Positions 43,587-52,500 of a stretch of DNA of 64,000 nucleotides are shown one piece after another; position 1 is the first letter of the stretch, and each line of letters begins with the position of its first letter. A program made the position numbers and the translations under genes. Source of the stretch: Giardia intestinalis (lineage: Eukaryota); the NCBI GenBank assembly GCA_000002435.2, contig CM018792.1. One strand, 5' to 3'. The notes under the pieces were generated by a model that was not told where the DNA came from, searched no databases, and saw only the letters and a program-made list of their open reading frames with translations.

Positions 43587-45080
43587 ATGTCGCTGGCAAC
43601 TAACATAACTCCTACCCCCAAGATACACCCGCTTCCATGCTACAGCAGTATTTCTTCCATTAATGGTCCTATTGTTGTTGTGGACAAGGTGCAGAGACAG
43701 TGCTATGGGGAAATCGTGACGCTCCGTCTTGGAAACGGTGAAATCAGGACTGGGAAGGTTTTGGAGTGCCATGGGTCACAAGCTGTCCTGCAGGTTTTTG
43801 AAGGAACAGAGGGCCTTGACATTAAGCAGACATCTGCAAAGTTCACTGGAGAGGTCATGAAAGTTGGTGTCAGCCGTGCACTCTTGGGACGTACCCTCTC
43901 TGGATCCGGCGAAATCATCGATGGAGGTGCCCCTGTTCTTGCAGAAGAGATCCGGGACATTGAGGGGTCCTCTCTTAACCCCGTTAGTCGTGAATACCCG
44001 AAGAACTGCCTTGAGACAGGGATATCAACAATCGATATCCTTACCAGTATTTGCCAAGGTCAGAAGATCCTTCTCCTGAGCGGAAGCGGTTTACCTTACA
44101 ATCCCCTGCTCGCGCAAATCGCTAGAAACGCCCGCGTCTGTGTCTCGTGGGAGAAGGCTGTAACAGGTGAGGAGATAAAAACTTCCGAGGATGACAAGTT
44201 CATGATCGTCTTCGCAGGAATCGGTCTTTCTCATGAGCAGGCCATGTTTTTCAAGACGCAGTTTGAACAGACTGGCGCTCTTAATCGTTCGGTAATACTC
44301 CTTAATTTGGCTTCTGACCCCGTTGTACAGCGCATCAGCACACCAAGGATTGCTGTGACAATTGCAGAGTACTTTGCATATACTCTGGGGTATCACGTCC
44401 TTGTTCTTCTTTCGGATATCTTTAATTATGCGGACGCACTCCGCCAGATATCCTCTGCCAGAAACGAGGTACCCGGCAGAAAGGGATATCCACCGTATCT
44501 TTACTCTGACCTTTCGACAATTTACGAAAGAGCCGGACGCGTCCATGGGATCAAGGGGTCGATTACGCAGATCCCGCTAATCACTCTTCCAAACGATGAT
44601 ATCACACATATCATTGCAGATCTGTCAGCGTTCATTACAGAGGGCCAGATCTTTCAGGACCGCAAGTTGTTCAACAAGAACATCATCCCTGCGGTGGACC
44701 CCCTCCCCAGCCTTTCTCGTCTGCAGAAATCCGCTATAGGTAAGGGGAGAACCCGCGAAGACCACCCTGACGTAGCTAATCAGCTATATGCATCATACGC
44801 TATCGCAGTTGAGGTTTTAAGCCTTAAGTCCATCGTCGGTTCTGAAGGTCTCAGTGACAACGACCATAAGTATCTGAAGTTCTTGGAGGTCTTTGAGGAG
44901 CAGTTTCTGAAACAGGACTTCAACACCAGACGATCTATTTACGAGTCTCTCGACCTAGCTTGGAAGTGTCTGCGTGTTTTACCGATCAATCTGCTGAGCC
45001 GTATCTCGGATAGTATCCTTGAGAAGTACTATTACGTGCAGACTGACGCCGCTGAGCAGCCAGGAGCTAAGACTAAGTGA
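43587..45080 (+). CDS. ATP6V1B: V-type H+-ATPase subunit B (497 aa)
   Basis: The ATG at 43587 is preceded by gccaaaaattaaaacgATG. Diagnostic stretches include [85 protein letters not shown] and [53 protein letters not shown]. These are near-identical to eukaryotic V-ATPase B ([24 protein letters not shown]...[32 protein letters not shown]). The stop TGA is at 45078..45080. Confidence 0.95.
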   Translation: [497 protein letters not shown]

Positions 45081-45867
45081 ATCTTTGATCGCTTTCATTG
45101 CTTGTAGAAGATGCTAATACGAAAAAGCGGATAGGATAAAGATTGCTCGGCCAAGTTGGTTGCTCATCTATGGTCAGCACCGTCAAACCTGCTTGAGAAC
45201 AGAGGTCCTTTATCATATCAAGGCTACGGATTAAATTGATGTCTTCTTTATCCAAGAAGAAACCATCGTTAATGATGCAATTTTCTTTCATGATGATTCT
45301 ACCGGTTGATGGAGTTAGAAGATGATCCTTGGCAAATTTGAGGAACCTCACGACATCGCGGTCCACTAAGTGACCAATCACCCACTGGAGAAACACAACA
45401 TCGTAATTAATTCCGCGAAATTGCTGTTGTAAGGCTTCTATATCCTGCAGCTCCAAGTTGTAACGCGCTCTGATACTATTTCTGGCAAAATTCGTTGTCG
45501 ATGCTTGGACAAACAGCTCACAGCCTTCGATCATGTCAACATGCTGAAAGACGGGCTTCAAGGCATAGTGAGATACACGGCCTATACCTCCTCCGCAGTC
45601 GAGACAGGTGTTCGTTTTGATGGCCTTGTCTGAAGCCAACTGTTTGAGTCTTAGTGTGGTCCACTCAACCTCATCCTTGTGAACATAGGAGAGCCCTCCA
45701 AGCATACCGTCAATGGTGGGCTCCACAAGGGACGAGTACCACGTGGAGCAGGAGCCATACCACGCTGAGGTGCCCATCATGTTGATAATCTGGCGGTACT
45801 CTAGCTCTTCGCGGTCAGAAGTCACACCAATCACGTTCCCAAAAGCATCTAAGGGCTCGTCAGTCAT
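45073..45867 (-). CDS. NTMT1: Protein N-terminal (X-Pro-Lys) methyltransferase NTMT1/METTL11A-like, 264 aa
   Basis: The ATG at 45867..45865 is preceded by ccaattaaagtATG. The protein contains WYSSLVEPTIDGMLGGLSYV, TNTCLDCGGGIGRVSHYALKPVFQHVDMIEGCELFVQA and YDVVFLQWVIGHLVDRDVVRFLKFAKDHLLTPSTGRIIMKEN. They align with human NTMT1 (YW..IPPTVDGMLGGYGHIS..., [28 protein letters not shown]..., [40 protein letters not shown]). The stop TAG (45073..45075) overlaps the 3' end of the V-ATPase B gene by 8 nt. Confidence 0.9.
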   Translation of the reverse strand: MTDEPLDAFGNVIGVTSDREELEYRQIINMMGTSAWYGSCSTWYSSLVEPTIDGMLGGLSYVHKDEVEWTTLRLKQLASDKAIKTNTCLDCGGGIGRVSHYALKPVFQHVDMIEGCELFVQASTTNFARNSIRARYNLELQDIEALQQQFRGINYDVVFLQWVIGHLVDRDVVRFLKFAKDHLLTPSTGRIIMKENCIINDGFFLDKEDINLIRSLDMIKDLCSQAGLTVLTIDEQPTWPSNLYPIRFFVLASSTSNESDQRFT

Positions 45868-45916
45868 ACTTTAATTGGAGAGTAAGAAAAACGCCTGGGC
45901 ACTCGTTCACTTACCG

Positions 45917-46411
45917 TTAATACTTGTACTTTTTCCTTTCTTTATAGCTTGATTGAGAGCCAGTAGCTCGAGTGGTTGCCTCTTGCATGTCTGTCAAATG
46001 CATCATGGGCTTTATGACAACTGACCAGAATCCATATGAGATAGACACCGGGATAAGCAAGTCGGCCCAGTAGATCTTGACTGTGATGGGTGATAACGTG
46101 AAGACCAGTAAAACAACGTAGAGTATGTCAAATGCAACATTGATTATTGTTCCAGAAAGCTCCGAGCCGCCATCGATCAGACGCCCCGTAGAATCGTATT
46201 TTTCTCGTGACAGATGCCGAAACATCTGATAGATGACTATCGCAAGACTATAGTGGACCATTGATACGCTAACTGAGGTTGCTGTGGCGTTTTCCCTATA
46301 GATGTACACAAGAAGCAAGTACACAGCAAGAGACCCTAGTAGTGCTACACGCACAGTCGTGAGGATCCTGCTATTCTTTCTCAGAGTCTTCTTGGCAGAG
46401 TCATTGGCCAT
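45917..46411 (-). CDS. Hypothetical small multipass membrane protein (3-4 predicted transmembrane helices), about 164 aa
   Basis: The ORF track starts at a TTG (46450); the first ATG is at 46411..46409 (MANDSAKKTLRKNSRILTTVRVALLGSLAVYLLLVYIY...), preceded by cttacctcttaaaaATG. That ATG lies 11 nt inside the 3' end of the upstream same-strand gene (46401..48788). There are several hydrophobic helices. The stop TAA is at 45917..45919. Confidence 0.5.
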   Translation of the reverse strand: MANDSAKKTLRKNSRILTTVRVALLGSLAVYLLLVYIYRENATATSVSVSMVHYSLAIVIYQMFRHLSREKYDSTGRLIDGGSELSGTIINVAFDILYVVLLVFTLSPITVKIYWADLLIPVSISYGFWSVVIKPMMHLTDMQEATTRATGSQSSYKERKKYKY

Positions 46412-48788
46412 TTTTAAGAGGTAAGGATTTAACAGGCTTAGACTCAACAACTGCCTCCACTATGCCAGTTGTATTAAATTGTGGAAGTGGCCGCTTACTG
46501 ATCAGCTTAGATGCTGAAGTATTAGATCGTTGTATGTGCTCAATGGTATGAATTGGAGAGCGCGCAGAGAGGAAATTGTTACTTCGCCTCGGTGAAAGCC
46601 TTTCGTTTGGGCTATTTGGTAAGTGCCTAAAACTTTTCCCAGCAGACATGACACCATGGGACTTAGGTGCGCTGGAAGAGCTACGTATGAGAGGACGTCG
46701 AGGTGATGCTGAGGAAAGGAGAGCGCCTGAGGCTGCTCTTCTAGTAGATGGGGTATATGACGAAATAGTCCGTGCAGATGTCTTAGTTGGCCGAACTATT
46801 GAAGGCTCGTAAAGCATGCTGCTGTATTGAACTTTCTCAATGTGAATGTCACTTAAAGTATCATCAGAGTCTTCACAGTTGGGGTTTTCATAGTTGTATT
46901 CGTTATATGGTGTCCTTGCTTGCGAGAGAGCGTAGTTCTCAAAGATATTTTTCTTCAATACCCGGCGAACCTTTTGCATATATAGAATAGGATTGGTTCG
47001 GATTGATTCAGGGTAAAATGAATATGACTCACAGTCAGATATTTCACCAGAACACTGTATAGCTTTTGATTGGCAGGACGTAATGTCTGAGTGCGAACCT
47101 ACCCATCTTTTGGCAAATAGGTTTAGTGCTAAATCAATATTTTGCCACAGTTGCTCCGCTGTGAACAGGCCACCACTTAGTGTTTGAACAGCTTTATCGC
47201 TTACGTCAACTGACTGCCGGGAATGTGGACGTAGGCTGGTGGTAGGATCTTTGCTGACACCGCAACTTGTCATCAGAGGAGTCTTTCCTTCGCTTACAGT
47301 CTCACAAGCCACAGCAAAGGAAGAACTGTCCTCAGACTCGCAGGAAGAGAGTTTCTGATCACAAAGGTCATCCAAGGGCGTAGGAGCAGGCCTCTCAAAC
47401 AAGGTATCTTCCTTTACCGGTGAATGTATTCTCATAGAAAGCTCCCGCATGGTATGTGGTATCAGTGGAGAGAGAAGGGATGCACGGGTTAGAATATTAC
47501 TCGAAGGTGGAGGGTTGCTATGCAGTAAAGTAAACTCCCCAGCACTCCGGCAGTCAGGAACATAAGAGGATGCATCAAGCTGCAACGGAGGTACAGAGGA
47601 CCGTTCAAGAGGTTGCTCAAGGGATTGCCGATCTTCTACACATTGTGGGCTGCTATCAGGTTTGAAGCCCTTACTGGATGATAACGTAGCTAGGCCCATA
47701 TTGCTAGGCTTTATAGATTGTCGCTCAGTTTGCCACTTGCGTAAAATAGGACTAGAGAACTTGAAGATGGGTGGCACACACGATTGCCTTTTAGAATCCA
47801 GGAAACCGTCTCGCTCGTTTGCGCTGTGCTGAAGCTGTATCTCGGTCTCAGGTTTGCTCTCAGGTGACATTTTACCGAGATCTTGTACGCCACGAGGTGT
47901 GCTCATCAGTCCCAGTATCATGCTAGTGCTTCCGATAAAATCTTGGTCGGTGCTACAGGCAACGCTGTCGACGTGCTCGGAGCCAGCTGAAGTGGGATAA
48001 GGCCGGGTTGTGTGAACATCTGATGACTGCCTGGAGAAAGATCGTGTCAGGATACTGCGTGTTCGTGCCTTTGCTTCAGTTAGTTGATTGCTTAGGAGTT
48101 GCATCTTGCTCTTTAGAGCGGCAATGGTTACATTCTTGCTTTCGATTTCTCGCTGGAACTGCTCATTCTCCCTACCTTGTGCTAAAAGGGACGTATCTCT
48201 TAGTAACGTATAGTCAGCATCATAACTCTGAGAGGCTGTGTTCGATCTAGCATACCCACTGATAATATTGTTAAGCTCATGGATCTTCAACTGACTGCGC
48301 TTAGTCGACGTGGCCTTCTCTACTAGGATGGCCTGAAGAATTTCAGTTAGCTCGCCAATTCGGCGTGTCAGCGAGTAAATCTGTCTGCTCATTTTGTCAT
48401 GCTGGAGCTCCAGGTGGTCACGGACCTTAATGTACTCAAGAAGGTGGTCTCTGATCCCATCTTGCAATCGGGCCCGCATGTCTTTCATTCCGCGGTCCAT
48501 GATCATAAGCTCCGCTGTATCGATAGAGGCACTATAAATGGGGTATACATCTTTTGGTGCTTCGTGGTCTGTCTTTGGGTCGCAGGCCAACAGCTGCTCA
48601 AACATGACGTACAGCTTTCTGTTATGGATCTCGGCTCTTAAGTAGGAAAATGCTTGCCCGACGCTACTTGCTAGGGCCGTAGTCAACTGACCACTGATTC
48701 GCTCGGCCAGCATCTGAACAGAACTATCATGTGTCCTTGCACCTGCAGGAGACAAGGCCAGACCAAGCTCAGATGCTGTCAGCGGCAT
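46401..48788 (-). CDS. Hypothetical coiled-coil protein (795 aa), paralog-family member B
   Basis: The ATG at 48788..48786 is preceded by ccctaaaaagactATG. The N-terminal block ...FSYLRAEIHNRKLYVMFEQLLACDPKTDHEAPKDVYPIYSASIDTAEL... is homologous to members A, C and D. It is followed by a coiled coil and a Ser/Pro-rich C-terminal half. The stop TGA is at 46401..46403. Confidence 0.75.
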   Translation of the reverse strand: MPLTASELGLALSPAGARTHDSSVQMLAERISGQLTTALASSVGQAFSYLRAEIHNRKLYVMFEQLLACDPKTDHEAPKDVYPIYSASIDTAELMIMDRGMKDMRARLQDGIRDHLLEYIKVRDHLELQHDKMSRQIYSLTRRIGELTEILQAILVEKATSTKRSQLKIHELNNIISGYARSNTASQSYDADYTLLRDTSLLAQGRENEQFQREIESKNVTIAALKSKMQLLSNQLTEAKARTRSILTRSFSRQSSDVHTTRPYPTSAGSEHVDSVACSTDQDFIGSTSMILGLMSTPRGVQDLGKMSPESKPETEIQLQHSANERDGFLDSKRQSCVPPIFKFSSPILRKWQTERQSIKPSNMGLATLSSSKGFKPDSSPQCVEDRQSLEQPLERSSVPPLQLDASSYVPDCRSAGEFTLLHSNPPPSSNILTRASLLSPLIPHTMRELSMRIHSPVKEDTLFERPAPTPLDDLCDQKLSSCESEDSSSFAVACETVSEGKTPLMTSCGVSKDPTTSLRPHSRQSVDVSDKAVQTLSGGLFTAEQLWQNIDLALNLFAKRWVGSHSDITSCQSKAIQCSGEISDCESYSFYPESIRTNPILYMQKVRRVLKKNIFENYALSQARTPYNEYNYENPNCEDSDDTLSDIHIEKVQYSSMLYEPSIVRPTKTSARTISSYTPSTRRAASGALLSSASPRRPLIRSSSSAPKSHGVMSAGKSFRHLPNSPNERLSPRRSNNFLSARSPIHTIEHIQRSNTSASKLISKRPLPQFNTTGIVEAVVESKPVKSLPLKNGQ

Positions 48789-48895
48789 AGTCTTTTTAGG
48801 GATCCGACATTCATAAAGGCGTCAGGTCATAGAGCAAAGGAGTGATAATTCACAAGTGTATTTGACTGTGAGCAAATGCTTATATAAAGCAAGCA

Positions 48896-49435
48896 TTAGA
48901 TTCCACGGTCAAAACCGACAGAGGTCGTCATCACAATCCCGCTGATGAGACCGATAAGTGCAATCGCCTCCGCAAAAATTTCTGAAATAAAGAGCTTGAC
49001 GAAAAGCGACGAGTCGCCGCAGTGGGAGACAGCAACAGAGCTCCCCAGAACACCCACGGTGATTGCAGCAGCAAAGTTAGAAAACCCAACAGAGAGACCA
49101 GCAGCCCCATAGCCATACCCAGCTTTCAGGACTTCTTGCTTAGTAACATAATCTCTGGTAAGAGACCTCTCAGCTCCCTCCTTAATGGCAGTAAGTATTA
49201 TAATCGACATGATGACGCCGTAAAGAGCAATAGCCTCGCAAAACAGGATAGACAGAAGGTTCTTGGATCGTATTTCAGGGTGCGCAACCGTGGACGTCAC
49301 CAAGGTGGCACCAGTGTTGAAGATCCCGATGGCAGAGCCCAGGATGGAGAAGCCAAGGACAACATAGATCCCCATTTCTGCAAAAAAGTACGGGGAAAGA
49401 AGCTCAAGAGCCTCCTGGAGCGCTTCTAACGTCAT
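48896..49435 (-). CDS. ATP6V0C: V-type H+-ATPase proteolipid (16-kDa c) subunit, about 179 aa
   Basis: The ORF track starts at a TTG (49477); the first ATG is at 49435..49433 (MTLEALQEALELLSPYFFAEMGIYVVLGFSILGSAIGIFNTGATLVTSTVAHPEIRSKNLLSILFCEAIALYGVIMSII...). Four transmembrane helices are apparent. The conserved proton-binding Glu lies in helix 4 (FISEIFAEAIALIGLISGIVM, compare [20 protein letters not shown]). The upstream sequence is gaagcaaagataaagacccaaATG. The stop TAA is at 48896..48898. Confidence 0.85.
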   Translation of the reverse strand: MTLEALQEALELLSPYFFAEMGIYVVLGFSILGSAIGIFNTGATLVTSTVAHPEIRSKNLLSILFCEAIALYGVIMSIIILTAIKEGAERSLTRDYVTKQEVLKAGYGYGAAGLSVGFSNFAAAITVGVLGSSVAVSHCGDSSLFVKLFISEIFAEAIALIGLISGIVMTTSVGFDRGI

Positions 49436-49530
49436 TTGGGTCTTTATCTTTGCTTCATCTTTGGCATTTATTTTCAATTGCTAATGGCCAGATTTTGAAA
49501 AGCCACAAAGGATTTGCTCGGCTTCCCTGC

Positions 49531-52500
49531 ATGGAAGATTCCGCCACTTTCCAGACAGGAATAGGCTACGACCAAGACACCCTGTTTGGCGGAGAAAGTA
49601 CTAGTCAGCCTAGTGGGGTGGAATTCTTCATTCGTTCATCGGTCTCTCCAGCGAATCCAATACGGCTCGTCGACGCAGGGGACATTTCTGCAGATGAAAG
49701 GCGCGCATCCATCTATGCGTATCTCGACAAGGACTTTCGGGAGCACACCAGCAATCTGGTTACCTCTCTCAATGGGTATATGACACAAATGATATCAGGG
49801 CTCTTTCAGGAGCTACGGACAGATATACAGAGCCGAAAGCTATACGTTCTCTTTGAACAAGCCCTGGGGTGTGACCCCATGACAGACCATCTTGCTGCCA
49901 AAGATGTCCTTCCAATATATGCACCCTACATCGACAAAGCGGAAAAAACGTTTCGCCGGTTAACTCTTCATAAGTTCAAGCATGACATAGAGACGGAGTT
50001 TTGTGCCGCCATAATATCCGAATTGCGCGCGCGCCTCAAGATAGAAGACACTAATATGAACATCTCCACTGAGCTCGAAAAACTGCGGCTTCACTGCAAG
50101 TCTCTCTTAGACGAGAATATTCGTATCTCGAGCCAATGGCAACAGGAGCGTGAAAAGCTACTTCAACAGATAGGCACATTATCGGAACAACTGGTGCAAA
50201 AGAAGAGGGCAGGCAATATCTATAAGCCAGACTTTATGGCATCTGGGTCATCGTGGGATGCAGAGGCCCCTGTACCTGATTTCACCAGGGTCCCATCCAA
50301 GGGTGTGAAGGAGCTCCTTGAGCTGGAGACGAAGCTAGCTAATGAAGCAGCAGAGAAGGAGCGGCTTAAGATGGAACTGGATGCTACCTCTATGAAGTAC
50401 CAGCACCTCCTAGAACAATGCAAACAGATACCAGAACTGCAGAATCAAATTGACGAACTTAACCAGCGCATAGAGGAACTTCTTCGCCGCATAGCAGAGC
50501 AGGATGATACGATTGTAGAACAACAAAAGGAAATAGCTGACCTCTTGGACCAGTTGGCATCCCTTAAGAAAGCTTACGATGGATTAGATAGCGATCACCT
50601 TGCGCTGCAAAACACAGTGGATACTCTTAATATGGAGAAAGGAGAAAGTGCAGCGGAGAATGAGAAGCTTAAAAGGCAAATAGCAGACCTTCTCAAGCGA
50701 GTAGCTGCAGCAGAAGCAGAGAGGGACAGATACAAGCAACAGATCACAAAGGGGGATTCTGACCGCAATATTTCCCTAGTAGATATCAATAATAACACAG
50801 TCAAAAGCGCCCGGCTTCCCGGAAGCCCTGACGACGCTGGGTTTGACAACAGGACCCTGCTTTCTGTTAAGCAGCTTCTCTATGAGCTTACTGGATTCAA
50901 TCTGCTAGGTCATCAAGATGGCTTCACAGAGGCTTATGTTGGCGACAAAGGTTTGCCACAAGACGGGGAATCGCGAACACGTTTTTCATGTCCTACTCCA
51001 GGCAAGGAATCAAAGCCGACCCTGCCCGATATGGGCCCTCGAACAGGATCCAGAGCCCTATCCAGGAAAGGAACACCCAAGTCTACAGCTATGAAGGAGG
51101 ACCCTGCATCAATAAGGGTACGGCTGCAGGGTCAAAGGCCAAGCGTTGGAAGCATCGAAGCTGCTCTAGTAGCTGCTACTACCTCTAGCCCATGGAATGC
51201 AGCTAGAAGCATCTCCGGTAGGAGATCTTCCAAGAATGTCGTTAGCGAACGAATAGACACGGATGGCGTCTCTAGGAATACAGAGGTCACACCGTGTAGA
51301 GGCTCCAGGTATAAATTTATAGACACAGGATTAAATCCAGCGTATTTCAACCCGGGAGTAGAGAACCCTTATGATAATGTAGTGTCCGGCTTTTACAAGG
51401 ATCGAGACATCTGTTTATCGAAGCTGACAGACAGATTAGGCATTGAACACGCTCAATTAAGAACTGTCCGTGATCTAGTTGGTCGCTTCTTCTCCGGAGA
51501 CCCTGTCTATGCAGAGCTTTTACGGTTACTTGCCGAAGGAAGTATCTCTCCTGACCTAGTAGCCAAAATCCTTGCAGGCATGCACACAGGGGAACTTCAG
51601 GCATTTTTAGAAGACCTTCTGAAAGTGGATGAGAATGGAAATCTTGTCCGCAATGGAGATAAACAGTACATTGCAGGAAGGGGTGTGGTCGAGGATGAAC
51701 CCTTGAGCAGTGAAGCGGCGAGCTTGTCTGACTATACTCAAAGCAAGAAGAGCCGTGGAGAAAGATACTTACGGAACGGCGCACAGAGACAGCCTGATGA
51801 CCAAGGTCCCAGAGAGGATTATGACGGAGTTCCTTTAGCATTACCGCTCCCCAGGGGATCCGATAACTATAATAAACTTAAGCCTGACATCGATAGTCAC
51901 AGAAGTGTGGCCTCTAATCTAGATGAGCTCTCTGCAGGCGGTACCGAAACATTGCCCAGTGGCCTGCTAGGGTTCTGGAAGCAAACGCAGACTATATTGG
52001 GTATGGACGACATGGAAGAGCTCATGGCTCTTCGGGAACTCATGTTGGACAAAGGAACGAACACCGACGCGTCTAAGAAAAATAAAAAGGGTGGATACTC
52101 GAGCGTTAGCCGATCTTCTTCAACACGGAATCTATATGGAAGTGACGGACATGTTAGTAAAGATGATGGATCAACGGACCCTAGCAGTGCACGGGGCATT
52201 CCTCCAGATATTCTCAAGGATAAGCAGATAGCAACATACATAGATGAGCGGCTGCAAATAGAGCGGGAACGCGTTCGCGATGAAGTGACAGCAGAGCAAG
52301 AATTGGATAATATTGAGAAGATAAAGGTTGCCGTGGAAGTGGCTGCAAATACAATGGACTTTTGGTGCCAGGTCAACTATGATGATAGTGAATCCGATGA
52401 CTATGGCACTAAGAAGGGGGGAGCAGTCATGCAAAAGGTGCAGAACGCCATAGATCGATTTTCAAAGCCAGGAAAGCCGGGATTTCAAATTAAGTACGAT

